From contig CAWBKB010000001.1 of assembly GCA_963789265.1 (NCBI GenBank), forward strand, positions 2,016,001-2,080,000: a DNA stretch of 64,000 nt. Reading direction: 5' to 3'. The notes under the pieces are model-generated. The model was not told the origin of the DNA and ran no database searches. It saw only the letters and a program-made list of their open reading frames with translations. A program made the position numbers and the translations under genes. The stretch is from an uncultured delta proteobacterium (lineage in GTDB: Bacteria; Desulfobacterota; Desulfomonilia; Desulfomonilales; Desulfomonilaceae). This document shows positions 1 to 15,952 of this stretch, piece after piece (the first letter of the stretch is position 1; every line of letters begins with the position of its first letter).

Positions 1-1185
1 TCGATTTCAACTCCAGGATCACCTTTCCCAAAGGGCTGCTCCAGAGCAGTCAAATATCCTTGAAATATTTCGTTGATGGGGACGGAAATTAGTTCCACTT
101 CAAGGTTTTCGGCCAATGCTTGTGCGTCAGAAAGGGTTCCATCCGAGGTGAATTGCGAGGGCATGGTAACCCCAACCACGTGCTCCTTACCCAGGGCTTG
201 CACTGCGATGGCCGCGGTCAAGGCCGAATCGATGCCGCCGCTGAGCCCTATGACCACCTTCTCGAAATCGTTCTTGTGCACGTAGTCTTTGGTCCCCAGG
301 ACAAGGGCCTCATAAATCTCTTTTACCTTATCAAGTGGCGGAACAGTAGTCGGGGGCACATATCCACGGTCCGGAGAGCTCTCCTCCTGTTTCAGCGCCA
401 CCACCGGTTCGACAAGGTTCCAAACTCGCCGGTGCCCGAACATTCCATCAATCTTGAGATCCGTTACCAACAGGTCTTCTTCGAAACGGCGGGCACTGGC
501 TATGAGTTCGCCGGTGGGACCAACAACCATGCTTCCGCCGTCAAAAATCAACTCGTCTTGGCCTCCGACCATGTTGTTGTAGAATACCGTGGTTCTGGGT
601 AGTCGTTGCAAAGCGGCTCACGATCTCGCGGCGCACGTCGAGTTTGCCGGCGAAGTAGGGGGAACCGGATATATTCAGCACAATGTCGGCTCCATTCTTC
701 ATGGCGCACATTTCCGTCACAGAGCCGGGAATCCAAATATCTTCACAAATTGTGACGGAAATCCTGCACCCGCGTATCTCGAAGACGAAGCAGCCCAATC
801 CCGGGAAAAAGTATCGTTTCTCGTCAAAAACACCGTAATTAGGGAGTTCGATCTTGCAGTAGATTCCGAGGACGCGCGAATTGCCCAGCAGAGCCGCGGC
901 ATTGTAAACTCTCCCATCTCGAGCGTGCGCAAAGCCTACCAGAACGGCTGTGTCGCGGCAGTGCTCCTTTAGCTGTTCCAACGCCTCCCGATTGCTGCCG
1001 AGAAACCGCCGTTTCATCAGCAGATCTTCGGGTGGATAGCCGCAGAGAGCCAGCTCGGGAAAGGTAACAATGTCCGCGGCCGCCTCTTCGGCTTGCTCGA
1101 TCCACTGCACGATCTTGCCGACGTTACCCTCGAAATCGCCCACTGTGGGGTTTATCTGCGCCTGCGCTATCCTTAATAGGTTCAT
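1..1185 (-). CDS. nadE: Glutamine-dependent NAD+ synthetase (3' end runs off window; +1 frameshift near 597)
   Basis: N-terminal nitrilase domain (AQINPTVGD, FPELALCGYPPEDL, LPNYGVFDEKRYF, ICEDIW). The shifted frame continues NMVGGQDELIFDG...GLSGGIDS...GVTMPS (synthetase domain). Confidence 0.93.
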
Positions 1186-1256
1186 CTCACTTCACTCCGC
1201 AAGAATTACCCCTTAAGTATAGACCATTATCCCTGTAAGAAAGGTTTCTCAAAATT

Positions 1257-1287
1257 AAATGACCCCCGGCAAAGCCGAAGGTCATTT
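1257..1287 (-). terminator. Hairpin / probable intrinsic terminator after glnA
   Basis: AAATGACCTTCGGC-TTT-GCCGGGGGTCATTT followed by AATTTT on the minus strand. Confidence 0.55.
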
Positions 1288-1320
1288 AACTAGATCGTCA
1301 TTCAAGCCCCCGTATGAGGC

Positions 1321-2732
1321 TCAAATATCAAAGTAGAGAGCGAACTCATAAGGATGAGGTCTCATCCGTATAGGGTTCAACTCGGCATTGGTCTTGTAAT
1401 CAATCCACATATCAATGGCATCCTGCGTGAAGACATCTCCCTTTAGCAAGAATTCCTGATCGGTCTCAAGGGCCTTCAGCGCCTCCCCCAGACTGCCGGG
1501 AGTAGAAGGGACACTCTTCAACTCTTCGGGAGAAAGAGCGTAAATATCTTTGTCCAAAGGCTCACCAGGATCCATCTTGTTTTCGATGCCGTCAAGGGCA
1601 GCCATCAGTACGGCGCTGAAAGCCAAATAGCCGTTGCAGGATGGGTCAGGGGTTCGGTACTCGATGCGTTTAGTCTTGGGAGATGGACTGTACATCGGGA
1701 TACGGCAGCACGCAGATCGGTTTCGTGAAGAATACGCCAGGTTCACAGGCGCTTCGAAGCCGGGCACCAGCCTCTTGTATGAATTTGTCGTGGGGTTGCA
1801 GATCCCGCACAGTGCAGGCGCATGCTTTAATATGCCGCCTATGGCCCACAGGCATTCCTGAGACACTCCGGCATACTTGTCGCCTGCAAACAGGTTCGTT
1901 CCACCTTTCCAGATACTCGTATGTGTGTGCATGCCCGACCCGTTGTCTTCGAACAGGGGCTTGGGCATGAAGGTCACAGTCTTGCAATGGCGTTTTGCCA
2001 CATTCTTGAGGACGTACTTGAACCACATGAGTTGGTCGCCCATCTGCACCAGCGGCGCAAACCTCATGTCAATTTCACCTTGGCCCGCGGTGGCAACCTC
2101 ATGATGTTGGGCCTCGATGCTTATGCCCAGGCTTTCCAAAATCAGCACCATCTCGGTTCGGATGTCCTGTTGAGAATCAGTGGGAGAGACAGGAAAATAC
2201 CCTTCCTTATGTCGAGGCTTATACCCCAGGTTCGGATTCTCATCTCGGCCCGTATTCCACCAGCCTTCAACAGAATCGACTTCGTGGAAGCCGTGATTAG
2301 AGCCATAGCTATAGCGCACGTCGTCAAAAATAAAGAATTCCGCTTCCGGCCCGAAGTAGGCCGTGTCGCCGACCTTTGTATATTTGAGGTACGCTTCGGC
2401 TTTGTAAGCGATGTTGCGCGGGTCTCTCGTGTAACGCTCTTTGGTGACCGGATCCACGATGTTGCAGATCAGTGAAAGAGTCGGATGCTGCATGAATGGA
2501 TCCATCACAGCCGTATTTGGATCGGGAATAACTAACATGTCGGAAGCGTGAATGGGCTGCCATCCCCGTATGGATGACCCGTCAAATCCGAATCCGGATT
2601 CGAATGAGTCCTCCTCAAGCTCGTGCATCGGCACGCTGAAGTGCTGCCACATGCCGGGAAAATCCATAAACTTGAGGTCCAGCATCACTGCTTTGTTCTC
2701 TTTGGCGAACTCGATTACCTGCTTGGCTCCAT
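1321..2732 (-). CDS. glnA: Glutamine synthetase type I (true start at 2732; one base missing near 2724)
   Basis: [66 protein letters not shown] plus ATG at 2732 gives [22 protein letters not shown] if one A is restored. Confidence 0.96.
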
Positions 2733-2873
2733 GCCTTACTCCTTTTGCATAAACGTTTTATTTCCCGGTCCTCGCATATCGGGACCTGTGTCGAACTCGC
2801 GGGAATATCTGTGACAATTTCCAGCATCTGTTCCGGACAGAACGTTTTGCCGCCACGCCGACTCCATCATGCT

Positions 2874-4480
<1,607 letters not shown>

Positions 4481-5049
4481 TTTTGTAATCCCTCCCTAAA
4501 GCTGTGTGGTGTGGTCCCGCGTACCGCCGGGCCGGCTGTGGCTTCTGCGTGCTCCCGGAGGTATTCCGGCATCTGCACGCACCTCCACGGTCGTGCCGAT
4601 GGCAGCAATCAGCGTGCCACAACTGACAGCAGGGAGGAATATGAATATAGGGTACTGATATAACAGTACTCTTCCGGGCACGGCAGAGGCTTTCCTCTGT
4701 TGCCGGAGCCAAGAATTAGTACCCTAACGTACTATTTTGTAATCAAAAACTACCTCTATGTAGGAACCATGTATCCCAAGGCATTCCACGGATCAGGAAT
4801 GCCGGTGATTGGTTCCGCGCATATCGTTTGATTCACCTCCTAGAATCTATCCGACGTCCTTTCGCTCTTTTAATCCGATTCGCTATAGCGCCCTCTGAAG
4901 CACAAGCCGGGGCCACTCACAATTGACGCTATAGCGGATTCTCGAAAGTAATGACGAATTGGACATGGACGTCCCGCCGAGGCGAAACCGGCCAGTCCGG
5001 CAGAGCGGCTCCATTCCGCACGAACTCTTGTGAGAATCTCTATCATATC

Positions 5050-6688
<1,639 letters not shown>

Positions 6689-6825
6689 TTTTGCAACCTC
6701 TCCGAGGATGCGTCTGTTCGGGCCCGTAGCTTGCCGGCTCTTAGCTCGTAACCAGTGAGCGCACCCTGTCTCGTATGGCAGTCATAGCCACCGTACAAAC
6801 GGCGGCACCGATTCGTCGTGCGATA

Positions 6826-6841
6826 TGCAATCGGGATGCCA
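6826..6841 (-). promoter_or_regulatory. Sigma54 -24/-12 promoter for amtB2-glnK2
   Basis: TGGCATCCCGATTGCA (GG-N10-GC), ~140 bp upstream of the amt start. Confidence 0.8.
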
Positions 6842-7489
6842 GAAGGAGCCAGGGTCATCTTTAACAAGCCTAACTCGCTGACTTGACAGCGGATATCCCT
6901 TACGTGTGAAAAGCGCAGTTTCTCGTGTTATAAGTGACTAATCGTACGTCAAGGTACCTTTAGCTCTAATGTGTTACCCGGCCGTACGAAGCCGCTTAGC
7001 GTAGACCACGAATTCTTGTACCAGTAACCTACTGATTCTTTCCAAGATTCCCAGCTTTTGCGCCGTCTTGGTCCGGTCTTTAGAGCTGCGCGCGTTCGCA
7101 AGCTCGGCAGCATTTCGGCTGAAGCGTCACAGTGCGTCCCGTCAGACCAACCCGGGCGCCGGCACTAATCGCCACCGACAAAAACGCATCCAACCTGCCC
7201 GCATAATGCTTGCACACTCGCTCCCATGCTGCGTGACGCCCCTTGACGTTGCTGACGCATAGAATTAGTACAGTGCTGTACGATTCTGAAATAAAAAGGT
7301 ACTTCCCGGTAGGAACTCTCTCCTGGTATTCCGTTGATTGGACGGCTCCTTGAGGTTGGTTCCCTTCGTCTCACTTGTTGTCGGTTACATTGGCCATTCC
7401 CCTTTTTCCAGGTTTCTGTTGGAGCGGGCACATCATTCTGAGCCTACACCCCGATACGGGCATAGGCGTAAAAATAAGCTTCAGGTCCT

Positions 7490-7595
7490 CTTCGTCCCGG
7501 AGGGACATCCTGATAATAGCCCGGCGATTTATCGCCGGGAATGAACCGCCAAGAGACTTTTCTTCGTCCCCGAGGGGCGCCCCTCGGGGACGAAG
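7490..7595. repeat. REP-like palindromes
   Basis: GTCCCGGAGGGAC, CCCGGCGATTTATCGCCGGG and the perfect hairpin CTTCGTCCCCGAGGGG-CG-CCCCTCGGGGACGAAG. Confidence 0.6.
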
Positions 7596-7720
7596 ATTGA
7601 ATCATTGCTTATCGTCTACCCGGCAATCCCGCGTTCTGCGCGAGACCGGGCTACTATCATTGAGTCCCTACAGGGCTCACAGAGCGCAGCTCGTTATTTT
7701 AACGCCTGTGCGGGTACGGC

Positions 7721-8089
<369 letters not shown>

Positions 8090-8270
8090 TCATTCATGTT
8101 TGTTAGATCCTGCCCGGGCGGTGGCTTCCAGACGTACAGATCGCAGTGCTTTCCACAGCTGTATCGGATTGGCTCCCTCGACCCGGCCATGCACCAGGAT
8201 CGGGATAGCACGTGAAACTCGATGATCGCGATACTTTGTCCCGGGCGATCCACACCTACCATGCTCGGTT

Positions 8271-9985
8271 CTACCCAACGAACACGTCCTTGGCTTCGGG
8301 GTAAGCAGGCATACCGAACTCGGGGACGTCGAGACCTTCCACCTCAACCTCTTTCGGGACGCGCAGTGGGACGATACGATTTACGATTTTGAACACCACG
8401 TAAGTGAGACCGAACGCGTAAAGAGCAATGAGCGTGGCTCCGCCGAGCTGCGTAAAGAACTGGGTCACATCCCCATGAAGTAGGCCGGTAACACCTTGGC
8501 CGGCTTTACCGACGTAAGTCGTCGCTCCCACGCCGTTCCAGCCGGACCCGTAGGTGCCGTCTGCAAAAATACCAAGAGCAACCGCGCCCCACCAGCCGTT
8601 ATATCCGTGCACGGAGATGGCTCCGCAGGGGTCATCAACTTTGATTGTCCGCTCATTAAAGAGAAACCCCCAGGCAAACGATGATGCCGGCAACTATACC
8701 GATGATGACCGCGGAGTTTGGTGAAACAAACGCACAGGGCGCAGTGATTGCAACGAGGCCGGCCAGCATGCCGTTGCACGCCATTGAGATATCCGGTTTG
8801 CCGAAAAGGAAGTACCAGAAGATCAGTGCCGTAGCCGAAGCCGAGACCGCGGCGAGATTTGTGTTCACCGCTATCACGGCGATGCGCAGGTCCGTCGCAC
8901 CAAGGGTGGAACCGGGGTTAAACCCCATCCAGCCGAATAGAAGAATGAAAGTGCCGATCACGACGAAGGCAATGTTGTGAGCTGGAAAGGGCCGTGGCTT
9001 GCCGTCCGGGCCGTACTTGCCGAGGCGAGGGCCGAGGATGACCGCGAGGGCCATCGCGGCGAAACCGCCTACCGCGTGAACAACGGTCGAGCCCGCGAAA
9101 TCCACGTACCCGTGAGCCAATCCCAAGGTGGCGCCCAATTGCGAGAGCCAGCCACCACCCCAGGCCCAGCAACCGGACATTGGATAAAGGATGCCGCCCA
9201 TGAAGATTTCCGTCAGAAACGAATGCCCAAAAAGTGATTCGCTCGCAGATGGCTCCCACGATGATGTACCCTGCGGTCTCCATGAACACGACCTCGAATA
9301 GAGTCAGACAGTTACTCCCGGCGTCGTAGGCCGGACCGCCCAGGAAGAAGCCGCTGCCTCCCAGAAATCCCCACTGGCCGCCTCCTATGAGAAAGTGGGT
9401 CAGAGTTGGGGTCCCTCCGATATTTGTCGGTGCGGCATTGATTGCAACGGCGCCGTACTGGAAGGCGTAGCCACAGACATAGTATGCCAAGAACGCGAAA
9501 ACGTACGCAGCGAAGTTGAGCATCATGAGATGCGCGGCGTTCTTCCTGCGCACCAAGCCGCACGTGAGTAAGGCGAAGCCCGCTTGCATGAAGAGAACCA
9601 GGTATCCTGTGATGAGAGTCCAACTAAAGTTGGCCCCAATCCGGTTGTGACCTACCGTATCCGCCAGCTTGACAGCCAGCGGCTCTTTAGCTGCCTGGGC
9701 CTTGTACTCCTCGAACTCCTTTAACTTTTGCGCATAGTCGGGCGCGGTCTTATCAGTGGGTTCGGTGACGACAAAAGAATTGCCGGCCCCATCAATGGCA
9801 TTTGACTTGTCGCCGGTGGCTATGCCCGCAGGATCGGGCTTCGGCACCGGAGCAGGCGTCGCCGTCGCTTGAGGGGCTCCTGCTGGAGGTGTGGCTTCCT
9901 CAGCAAGAACCGGACTCGTCATCAGCGTCCAGGCGACGAGTATTGAAACGGTCAGAAGTACGCATATAGTTTTTCTTTTAGCCAT
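8271..9985 (-). CDS. amt: Ammonium transporter (copy 3, divergent, long N-terminal extension); split into 3 ORFs by +1 frameshifts near 9217 and 8664
   Basis: FMQAGFALL, DFAGSTVVH, GWMGFNPGS, DDPCGAISVHG across ORFs 8918..9985, 8656..9201 and 8271..8693. Confidence 0.9.
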
Positions 9986-10449
9986 TCTCTGCTTCTCCTC
10001 CTATGAAACTCCATCGTTTCTCAAGCCGGAAGTATTGGTCGCCTTCGGCTCGAAATCTCGGTTTTCAAACACGGTCTAACGTCTGAACCCAAAGTCAGGG
10101 GTCTTTGACCGGGTTTTCGCATTGTGATGCCCGCGATTTTTCCAAGCCGGTGACAATGGGCGTGCCGCAACGGATCTTTTCTGTGAAAGGCCCGTCTAGC
10201 ACGGCTCTCATGTCTGGAGTTCCGGCTTATCCTTCTCCACTTCTGCCGAACCCCGAGCCATCAACATCTCAGTTTCGCTGCTGCCCGTGCCCGAGCGTGC
10301 TTAGAAGGATTCATTATTCAAACCTCGCCCTGGCCGCGCTCACTCGAGCCCGTCGCCCGGCCCTCAGGTGCTGGCCTGTCAGAGCTCTATACGGTAAAGC
10401 GGTCGTACTTGTTGGTTCCCGAAGGTGGGCCAAAATTCACGGTGGGATG

Positions 10450-10465
10450 TGCAATCGGAATGCCA
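10450..10465 (-). promoter_or_regulatory. Sigma54 -24/-12 promoter upstream of amt3
   Basis: TGGCATTCCGATTGCA; 15/16 identical to the site at 6826. Confidence 0.8.
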
Positions 10466-10597
10466 GAACAGGCAAGAGCGGAGTTGTGTGTGCTTATATT
10501 GTTGACATAACGGGAGATATTGTGCACCGGCAACGAGGCACATTCCGGTGCTCATGATTAATTCATCATACGTGAAGGTATCTTCAGCCACAATATA

Positions 10598-12162
10598 TTA
10601 CGTTCGGGTACGAAAACGCCGGGCATCGATCCCGAACCTCTGAACGCGTAACCCCATGATTCTTTCGGAAATTCCGAGCGCCCACGCGGCTTTTGCTCTG
10701 TTCCCCCGGCAAGCCTTCAGCGCGTCTACTATCAAGTCTCGTTCTACCCGCTCCAACGTCCCCTCCAGAGTCCCCGAGTGGGCTGTTCCGCTGGCCTCGG
10801 CCGTCTGGAGCGTCGGCGGAAGATGGTGCCCGCGTATTACCTGATCCGAACTCAGGAGAACGGCCCTTTCCAAGCAGTTCTCCAACTCTCGGACGTTTCC
10901 GGGCCAGTGGTAACTCATGAGCATGTCGATGGCAGGCGTTGAAATGCGTCGGATCACCTTGTTATTGGCCTTGCTGTACCTTCTCCACAAAAAAGTCGGC
11001 CAGGAGCGGTATGTCGGTCTTGCGTTCACGCAAGGGCGGAACATGAATTGGAAAAACGTCGAGCCGGTGGTCCAGATCCTGCCGGAATCGTCCTTCCGCG
11101 ATCAACAGCTCCAAGTTCCGATTTGTGGCGGTTATGATTCGGACATTGGTCTTAATGGTCGCTGTGCCGCCCACTCGCTCGAATTCTCTTTCCTGCAATA
11201 CCCTGAGAAACTTGATCTGGGTGGTTGGAGACAAGTCTCCGATTTCGTCGAGAAAGATTGTTCCCCCGTGCGCAAGCTCAAAACGCCCTTTGCCGCGTCG
11301 CTATGGCGCCGGTAAAAGCACCTTTTTCATGCCCGAAAAGCTCGCTTTCCACAACGCTTTCCGGCAGAGCCCCACAGTTGACCTTGATGAAAGGGTTTGC
11401 GGCCCGCAAACTGTTGAAGTGGATCGCGTGAGCCACAAGCTCTTTGCCTGTGCCGCTCTCTCCCCTGATCAGGACCGTGGTATCGCTCCTCGACACTTGA
11501 GCTATCAGGTCGTAAACGGTTTGCATGCCCTTCGAGTTGCCGATGATATTGGAGGGACGAAAGCGCTCCTTGAGCTGATCTTGGAGCCGCAGATTTTCCT
11601 CAAGCAGGCGATGCCGTTCCTCCTGAGCAGATCGCCTGAGACGGACTGCCTGAGCAATCATGGAAGCTATGATGGACAAAAGCCTCACATCTTCTTCGAA
11701 AGCTACCCCGTCCTCGAATAATCGGTCCGCGCTCAATGCCCCGATCACCTCGTTTTCGAGTTTGATGGGAACGCATATAAAGGAGATATCTGCCTTGCTG
11801 AGACCTTTTCGAGCGCCGGTGCGGTCGAGGAATAAAGGTTCTATGGAAATCTGAGGCACCACTGCGGGCCGGCCGGTCTTTATCACCTTCCCCGTAACGC
11901 CTTCTCCGGGCCTGTATTTTCCTCTTTCCATCTGGCTCTCAGACAGGCCGTGAGCGGCTTCAATAAATATTTCCCCGGTCTCCCGGTTTAGGAGAGTCAG
12001 GGTGCCGCGTACCATGCCCATGTTATCGGCCATGGATTCAAGCACAGGCCCTACCACGTCTCTGAGGTCCATGCTGCGATCCAGGCTCTGACTTACTTCA
12101 AAGAGAAGTAAAAGTTCCCGAACCTCTCTTTTAATTCTTGGTTGTTGCTGGCGAGTTGCCAT
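10598..12162 (-). CDS. NifA-like sigma54-dependent activator (GAF-AAA+-HTH); frameshifts near 11293 and 10990
   Basis: GAF domain, [48 protein letters not shown]-terminal HTH. Confidence 0.9.
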
Positions 12163-12482
12163 TGTTTCTCCGCAATGTCACTTCATGGTTAGGGGTTCAA
12201 GCAAATCTTACGAAAATGTAGGACGCTTGAATTCTATTGTCAAAGGTTGATTTACTTCGACACATAAAAAGTTCTAAGAAACGCTTTGATCTTGACTTGA
12301 GGCAGGCCGCTTTGCTTGATCTCCGGCAGCTCTTGGCGCATCATCGGCGGTCATGGAATTGCGCCGTTGATTGCACGTGTGTCCGCGTTTTGGTCCGCCT
12401 CCTGCGGGAACGCCAAGACGGTGTGCCTCGGACCTTCGTACTTCTTTTTCGCCAATACGGGACGTTAAGAGCCGTAAGGAAG

Positions 12483-12558
12483 GAGATTGCTTCGCTGCGC
12501 TCGCAATGACAGGGAGAGGGAATGTCATTGCGAGGAGTTAAACGACGAAGCAATCCCC
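12483..12558. repeat. Dispersed palindromic repeat (GTCATTGCGAG/GAAGCAATC type)
   Basis: GAGATTGCTTCGCTGCGCTCGCAATGAC ... GTCATTGCGAGGAGTTAAACGACGAAGCAATC. Confidence 0.65.
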
Positions 12559-12676
12559 ACGGTGATAATCCACGACCGTATTTATGAAAACCCGTATTTT
12601 GATCTGAGCTTCCCCTGAGGAACCTTTACCAAACGGCTCATACTAACTAATTAGCGTCTCCATTACGAAACATGGG

Positions 12677-13564
12677 TTGTTATTTGCCGGAGTTGATGAA
12701 GTGACCAACGGCAGGAGAGATGATATATTTGGCTTCATGGGTCCGACTCCGATAGGTCCGCGGATTATCCCTGGCTCTGCTCTTGTTGCAGGCGTGTTGG
12801 TCTTGTTTGCTCTAATTGGCGGAGCGCTGGTTGTCTACCATAAAATTGCAGCGGGATTGCCCGAAACCATCGATCTGAAATCATATCAACCCAAAGGCTC
12901 TTCGAAGTCTTACTCGGATGAAGGGTCTACTTCGGGCCGGTTTTATACGGAGCGACGATTCCCCGTAACTTTGGACGCCGTACCCAAACATGTTCAAGCG
13001 GCTTTCATCGCAGCGGAGGATGCTCGCTTCTACAGTCACCCCGGTGTGGATCCGGAAGGAATCTTACGAGCTTTCGTAAAAGACCTTTTGTCGTGGGATT
13101 TCGCTCAGGGGGGCAGCACCATTACCCAGCAATTAGCCCGAAGCATGTTGCTGACTAGGGAAAAGACCATCTCACGCAAGCTTCGGGAAATTATACTGGC
13201 CCTTCGCATAGAGCGATCCAACTCCAAATCTCAGATCCTGGAGACCTACCTCAATGAGGTCTATCTGGGCCGCGGCGCCTATGGAATCGAGGCCGCGGCT
13301 CACGCTTATTTCGGAAAAAAAACGGCTGACCTCACGATCGGTGAAGCGGCGTACCTAGCCGGACTCGTTCAAAATCCGGCCAAATATGCACCCAACCATG
13401 CGAACATGGCAGAAGCTCGCAGAAAATATGTGTTGGCTGCCATGCTGAAGATGAAAAGCATTTCCAAAGACCAATACAAGAAAGCTCTGCAGGAAAAGCC
13501 TGCCTTCGTGCTCCACGGGCCCGATCATGGGGTGGGGGACTCCAGTTGGCAGAAGAGATTCTGA
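12677..13564 (+). CDS. Peptidoglycan transglycosylase (GT51) domain protein without a transpeptidase domain
   Basis: TM anchor; EDARFYSHPGVD, GGSTITQQL, RKLREI, YLNEVYLG, GIEAAA..YF. Confidence 0.88.
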   Translation: MLFAGVDEVTNGRRDDIFGFMGPTPIGPRIIPGSALVAGVLVLFALIGGALVVYHKIAAGLPETIDLKSYQPKGSSKSYSDEGSTSGRFYTERRFPVTLDAVPKHVQAAFIAAEDARFYSHPGVDPEGILRAFVKDLLSWDFAQGGSTITQQLARSMLLTREKTISRKLREIILALRIERSNSKSQILETYLNEVYLGRGAYGIEAAAHAYFGKKTADLTIGEAAYLAGLVQNPAKYAPNHANMAEARRKYVLAAMLKMKSISKDQYKKALQEKPAFVLHGPDHGVGDSSWQKRF

Positions 13565-13580
13565 AGCGAAAGGCAATAAC

Positions 13581-13610
13581 TCACCGCTGAGCACGCAGAG
13601 ATCGCGGAGA
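13581..13610 (+). repeat. CACCGCNGAG-N-CGCNGAG dispersed repeat (further copies near 15962-15991 and 25103-25132; inverted partial near 13735)
   Basis: Similar ~30-bp motif found just downstream of three genes. Confidence 0.5.
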
Positions 13611-13859
13611 ATTCTGTTTGCGCTGCCTGTCCACACGATGGAGCACGGCTAATTGGGGTCTGTCACAGTTAATGCCTTTCCAACTTGACTGTACTCACCC
13701 GTGATTGACGTGGCAATGAATTAGTCGTTTCATTTCTCTGCGTTCTCGGCGCATCCCACGTCTCGCGGGACGGTGATCCCACCGCGGAACGCGGGATTGA
13801 TTGCTCGAGGAACGGTTGCGCGAAATCAAAATGAACCCTTGACAGCAAAGGAGGGCTCT

Positions 13860-15149
13860 ATGGGTAGACTTACCTTGCCGCCGGGCTTCCAAGACATGCT
13901 AACCTTCGGACTTGTTGAATCCCTGTTGGACCGGCGCTCCCGACGCTTCTTTATGGGCGCGGAGATACCTGACGGCGTATTTGCTTACAAATCACATCAT
14001 GACATACTGCCCCTCTCTGAACTGGAGAAACTGCTGGTGGTGACCGCATGCGGTGGAAACACCAACTGGCACTACATGATCTATCGCGGCCGGAGGTATG
14101 CCCCGTATCTCTCCAATTATGCTGCCGCCGCTGGAGGTCGCACTTTTCCTTCTTCCGCGGGTTTTCATACGAGCATGACCTTCTTTACCGACGATGAAGG
14201 GGTCTACGTGCTAGATGCCCACGATGCCCCCGCTCTGGCCGAAAGGGATGAGACGGGCTCTCTTGATCTGGAGCGTGTCTTGAGCGCTCTGAGGAATCGA
14301 GTAAAGAAGATTCAAGAAGGGCGGCTAGGCGTACCGCCGGAAGTCCCGTACACGGCCGAGCATAACACATGGGTCGTCAATCACCCTGGAACTCTCCTGG
14401 TGATTCCGGTAGGAGACCTGGCACAGCACGTTCTGCTAAATCTTTGCTACATGTTGCAAAACGGCTTTGTCATCACTGACGACATCAACCGACGTCCTGT
14501 GCCGGGTATCAAACGATTCAGTCATCTTGTAGACCCCAAAAGCACACAGGCTCTCACTTACGTGGAACAATGGTCCCTTGCGGAACTTACGGTAGAACTT
14601 TCCGCCAGTTGCTACGCAGGGAATCTCATTCTCCAGGCTATGGGTCTGGGAGGCTGGATGTTCAACGGAATCGATCCGTTCAGCGTGCTCGGCGCTAGCA
14701 ACGACCCAAGTGTCCCCGGTTTGGGATTCAGGTACGATTTGAACGAACACTGGCCTTATCCCAACCCTACGGGTCTGGAGGGGGTTATGGAAGGCTTCTG
14801 TCCCCCGCACTACGCCAACATGCGGGCGGCAGTGGAGGCAGTCTGTGAGCGCAAATTCGGCCGCGGCGGCCCGTTTCATTCTCAGACCCCGGGTCCCTGG
14901 AAAGACTCCGAGAAAGTGCGGTCATCCGCCCAAGTACACAGCGACGAATTTCGCGAATGCGTCGCTATTCAGGCTCAATATATTTTAGACACGTTCGGGA
15001 AGTTCCCGGGCACCGTGCCGTCGATTCTAGTTATTACTTGCTTGCAAGCTCACCATTTGGATTTGGAGTTTTATGACAAATTTTACGAGCCGGGAGCGTA
15101 CTTGAGAACGCACGCAGCACATATAGCCCGATGGCATTCTCACGATTGA
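13860..15149 (+). CDS. Conserved hypothetical protein, nitroreductase-like
   Basis: Long ORF with RBS; RRSRRF, PSSAG and LQAMGLGGW resemble nitroreductase-fold motifs. Confidence 0.6.
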   Translation: MGRLTLPPGFQDMLTFGLVESLLDRRSRRFFMGAEIPDGVFAYKSHHDILPLSELEKLLVVTACGGNTNWHYMIYRGRRYAPYLSNYAAAAGGRTFPSSAGFHTSMTFFTDDEGVYVLDAHDAPALAERDETGSLDLERVLSALRNRVKKIQEGRLGVPPEVPYTAEHNTWVVNHPGTLLVIPVGDLAQHVLLNLCYMLQNGFVITDDINRRPVPGIKRFSHLVDPKSTQALTYVEQWSLAELTVELSASCYAGNLILQAMGLGGWMFNGIDPFSVLGASNDPSVPGLGFRYDLNEHWPYPNPTGLEGVMEGFCPPHYANMRAAVEAVCERKFGRGGPFHSQTPGPWKDSEKVRSSAQVHSDEFRECVAIQAQYILDTFGKFPGTVPSILVITCLQAHHLDLEFYDKFYEPGAYLRTHAAHIARWHSHD

Positions 15150-15243
15150 ACTCAATCGACTCCCACCTGTTGCTTTCAAGACATACTGGTTTTAATCTGG
15201 TCCGAGCGACTGAATAAATTGCTAACCCAGGAAAGGAAATCCA

Positions 15244-15952
15244 ATGACCCCACCGCGAGAGTAAACTTCGCCCCACCTGCGCCGCCTGCCCCAACGAGAC
15301 ATCGAATATGATCTGTATGCACAGCGAAGGCTCAGGCCATAAGGGATGCCCGACTTTAACCCGTAAGGATACCTTGGCTCGAGCAAATCGGGAATATGAA
15401 GATCCTGAAACCCGACTGTTTGCGCACCAGGCTTCAGCCCAGGAGGCGGCGTGTTATGCAAACCGGCACGAACGTCCATACGTATTGCAGCCCACCAAGA
15501 CTCGAATTGTGGAAATATGTGAGTTTGCCGACCGGATGAACTACAAACGTTTGGGCCTTGTCTTCTGTGTTGGTCTCAAGAATGAGGCCGCAATTGTCGA
15601 AAACGTACTGAAAAAAAATGGCTTTGACATCGTGTCCGTCTGTTGTAAGGCGGGAAGAACTTCGAAAGATCTCATCGGAATAGGAGATGACGACAAGGTC
15701 CATCAGGGATCAGACGAGAGCATGTGTAATCCCATTTTTCAGGCAAAATTAGTCAATGAGGAGAAGACTGATTTCAATGTCTTGCTCGGTCTTTGCGTGG
15801 GTCATGATTCACTTTTTTTCAAGCACGCGCAAGCCTACACAACTGTTTTGGCGGTAAAAGATCGTGTGACCGGCCACAATCCTTTGGCTGCGGTTTATCT
15901 GCATGGTTCCTATTACAAAAAGTTGCTCTCGGGACCCGCGAAAACCGATTAG
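15244..15952 (+). CDS. DUF1847-family Cys-rich metal-binding protein (probable start 15244, extra C near 15250)
   Basis: TRIVEICEFA..M.YKRLGLVFCVGL, SVCCKAG, MCNPIFQA, GLCVGHDSLF, KDRVTGHNPLA. Confidence 0.85.

Noticed and set aside
4899..4915. Possible sigma54 promoter for amtB1 (TGGCCCCGGCTTGTGCT, minus strand)
   Set aside because: Spacing is GG-N11-GC. It fits only if one C of the run is a sequencing insertion, which I cannot verify.
4881..4936. Two CGCTATAGCG palindromes upstream of amtB1
   Set aside because: Could be operators or repeat ends; not found at the other amt promoters.
10466..10597. NifA UAS (TGT-N10-ACA) upstream of the sigma54 promoters
   Set aside because: No correctly spaced match found by eye.
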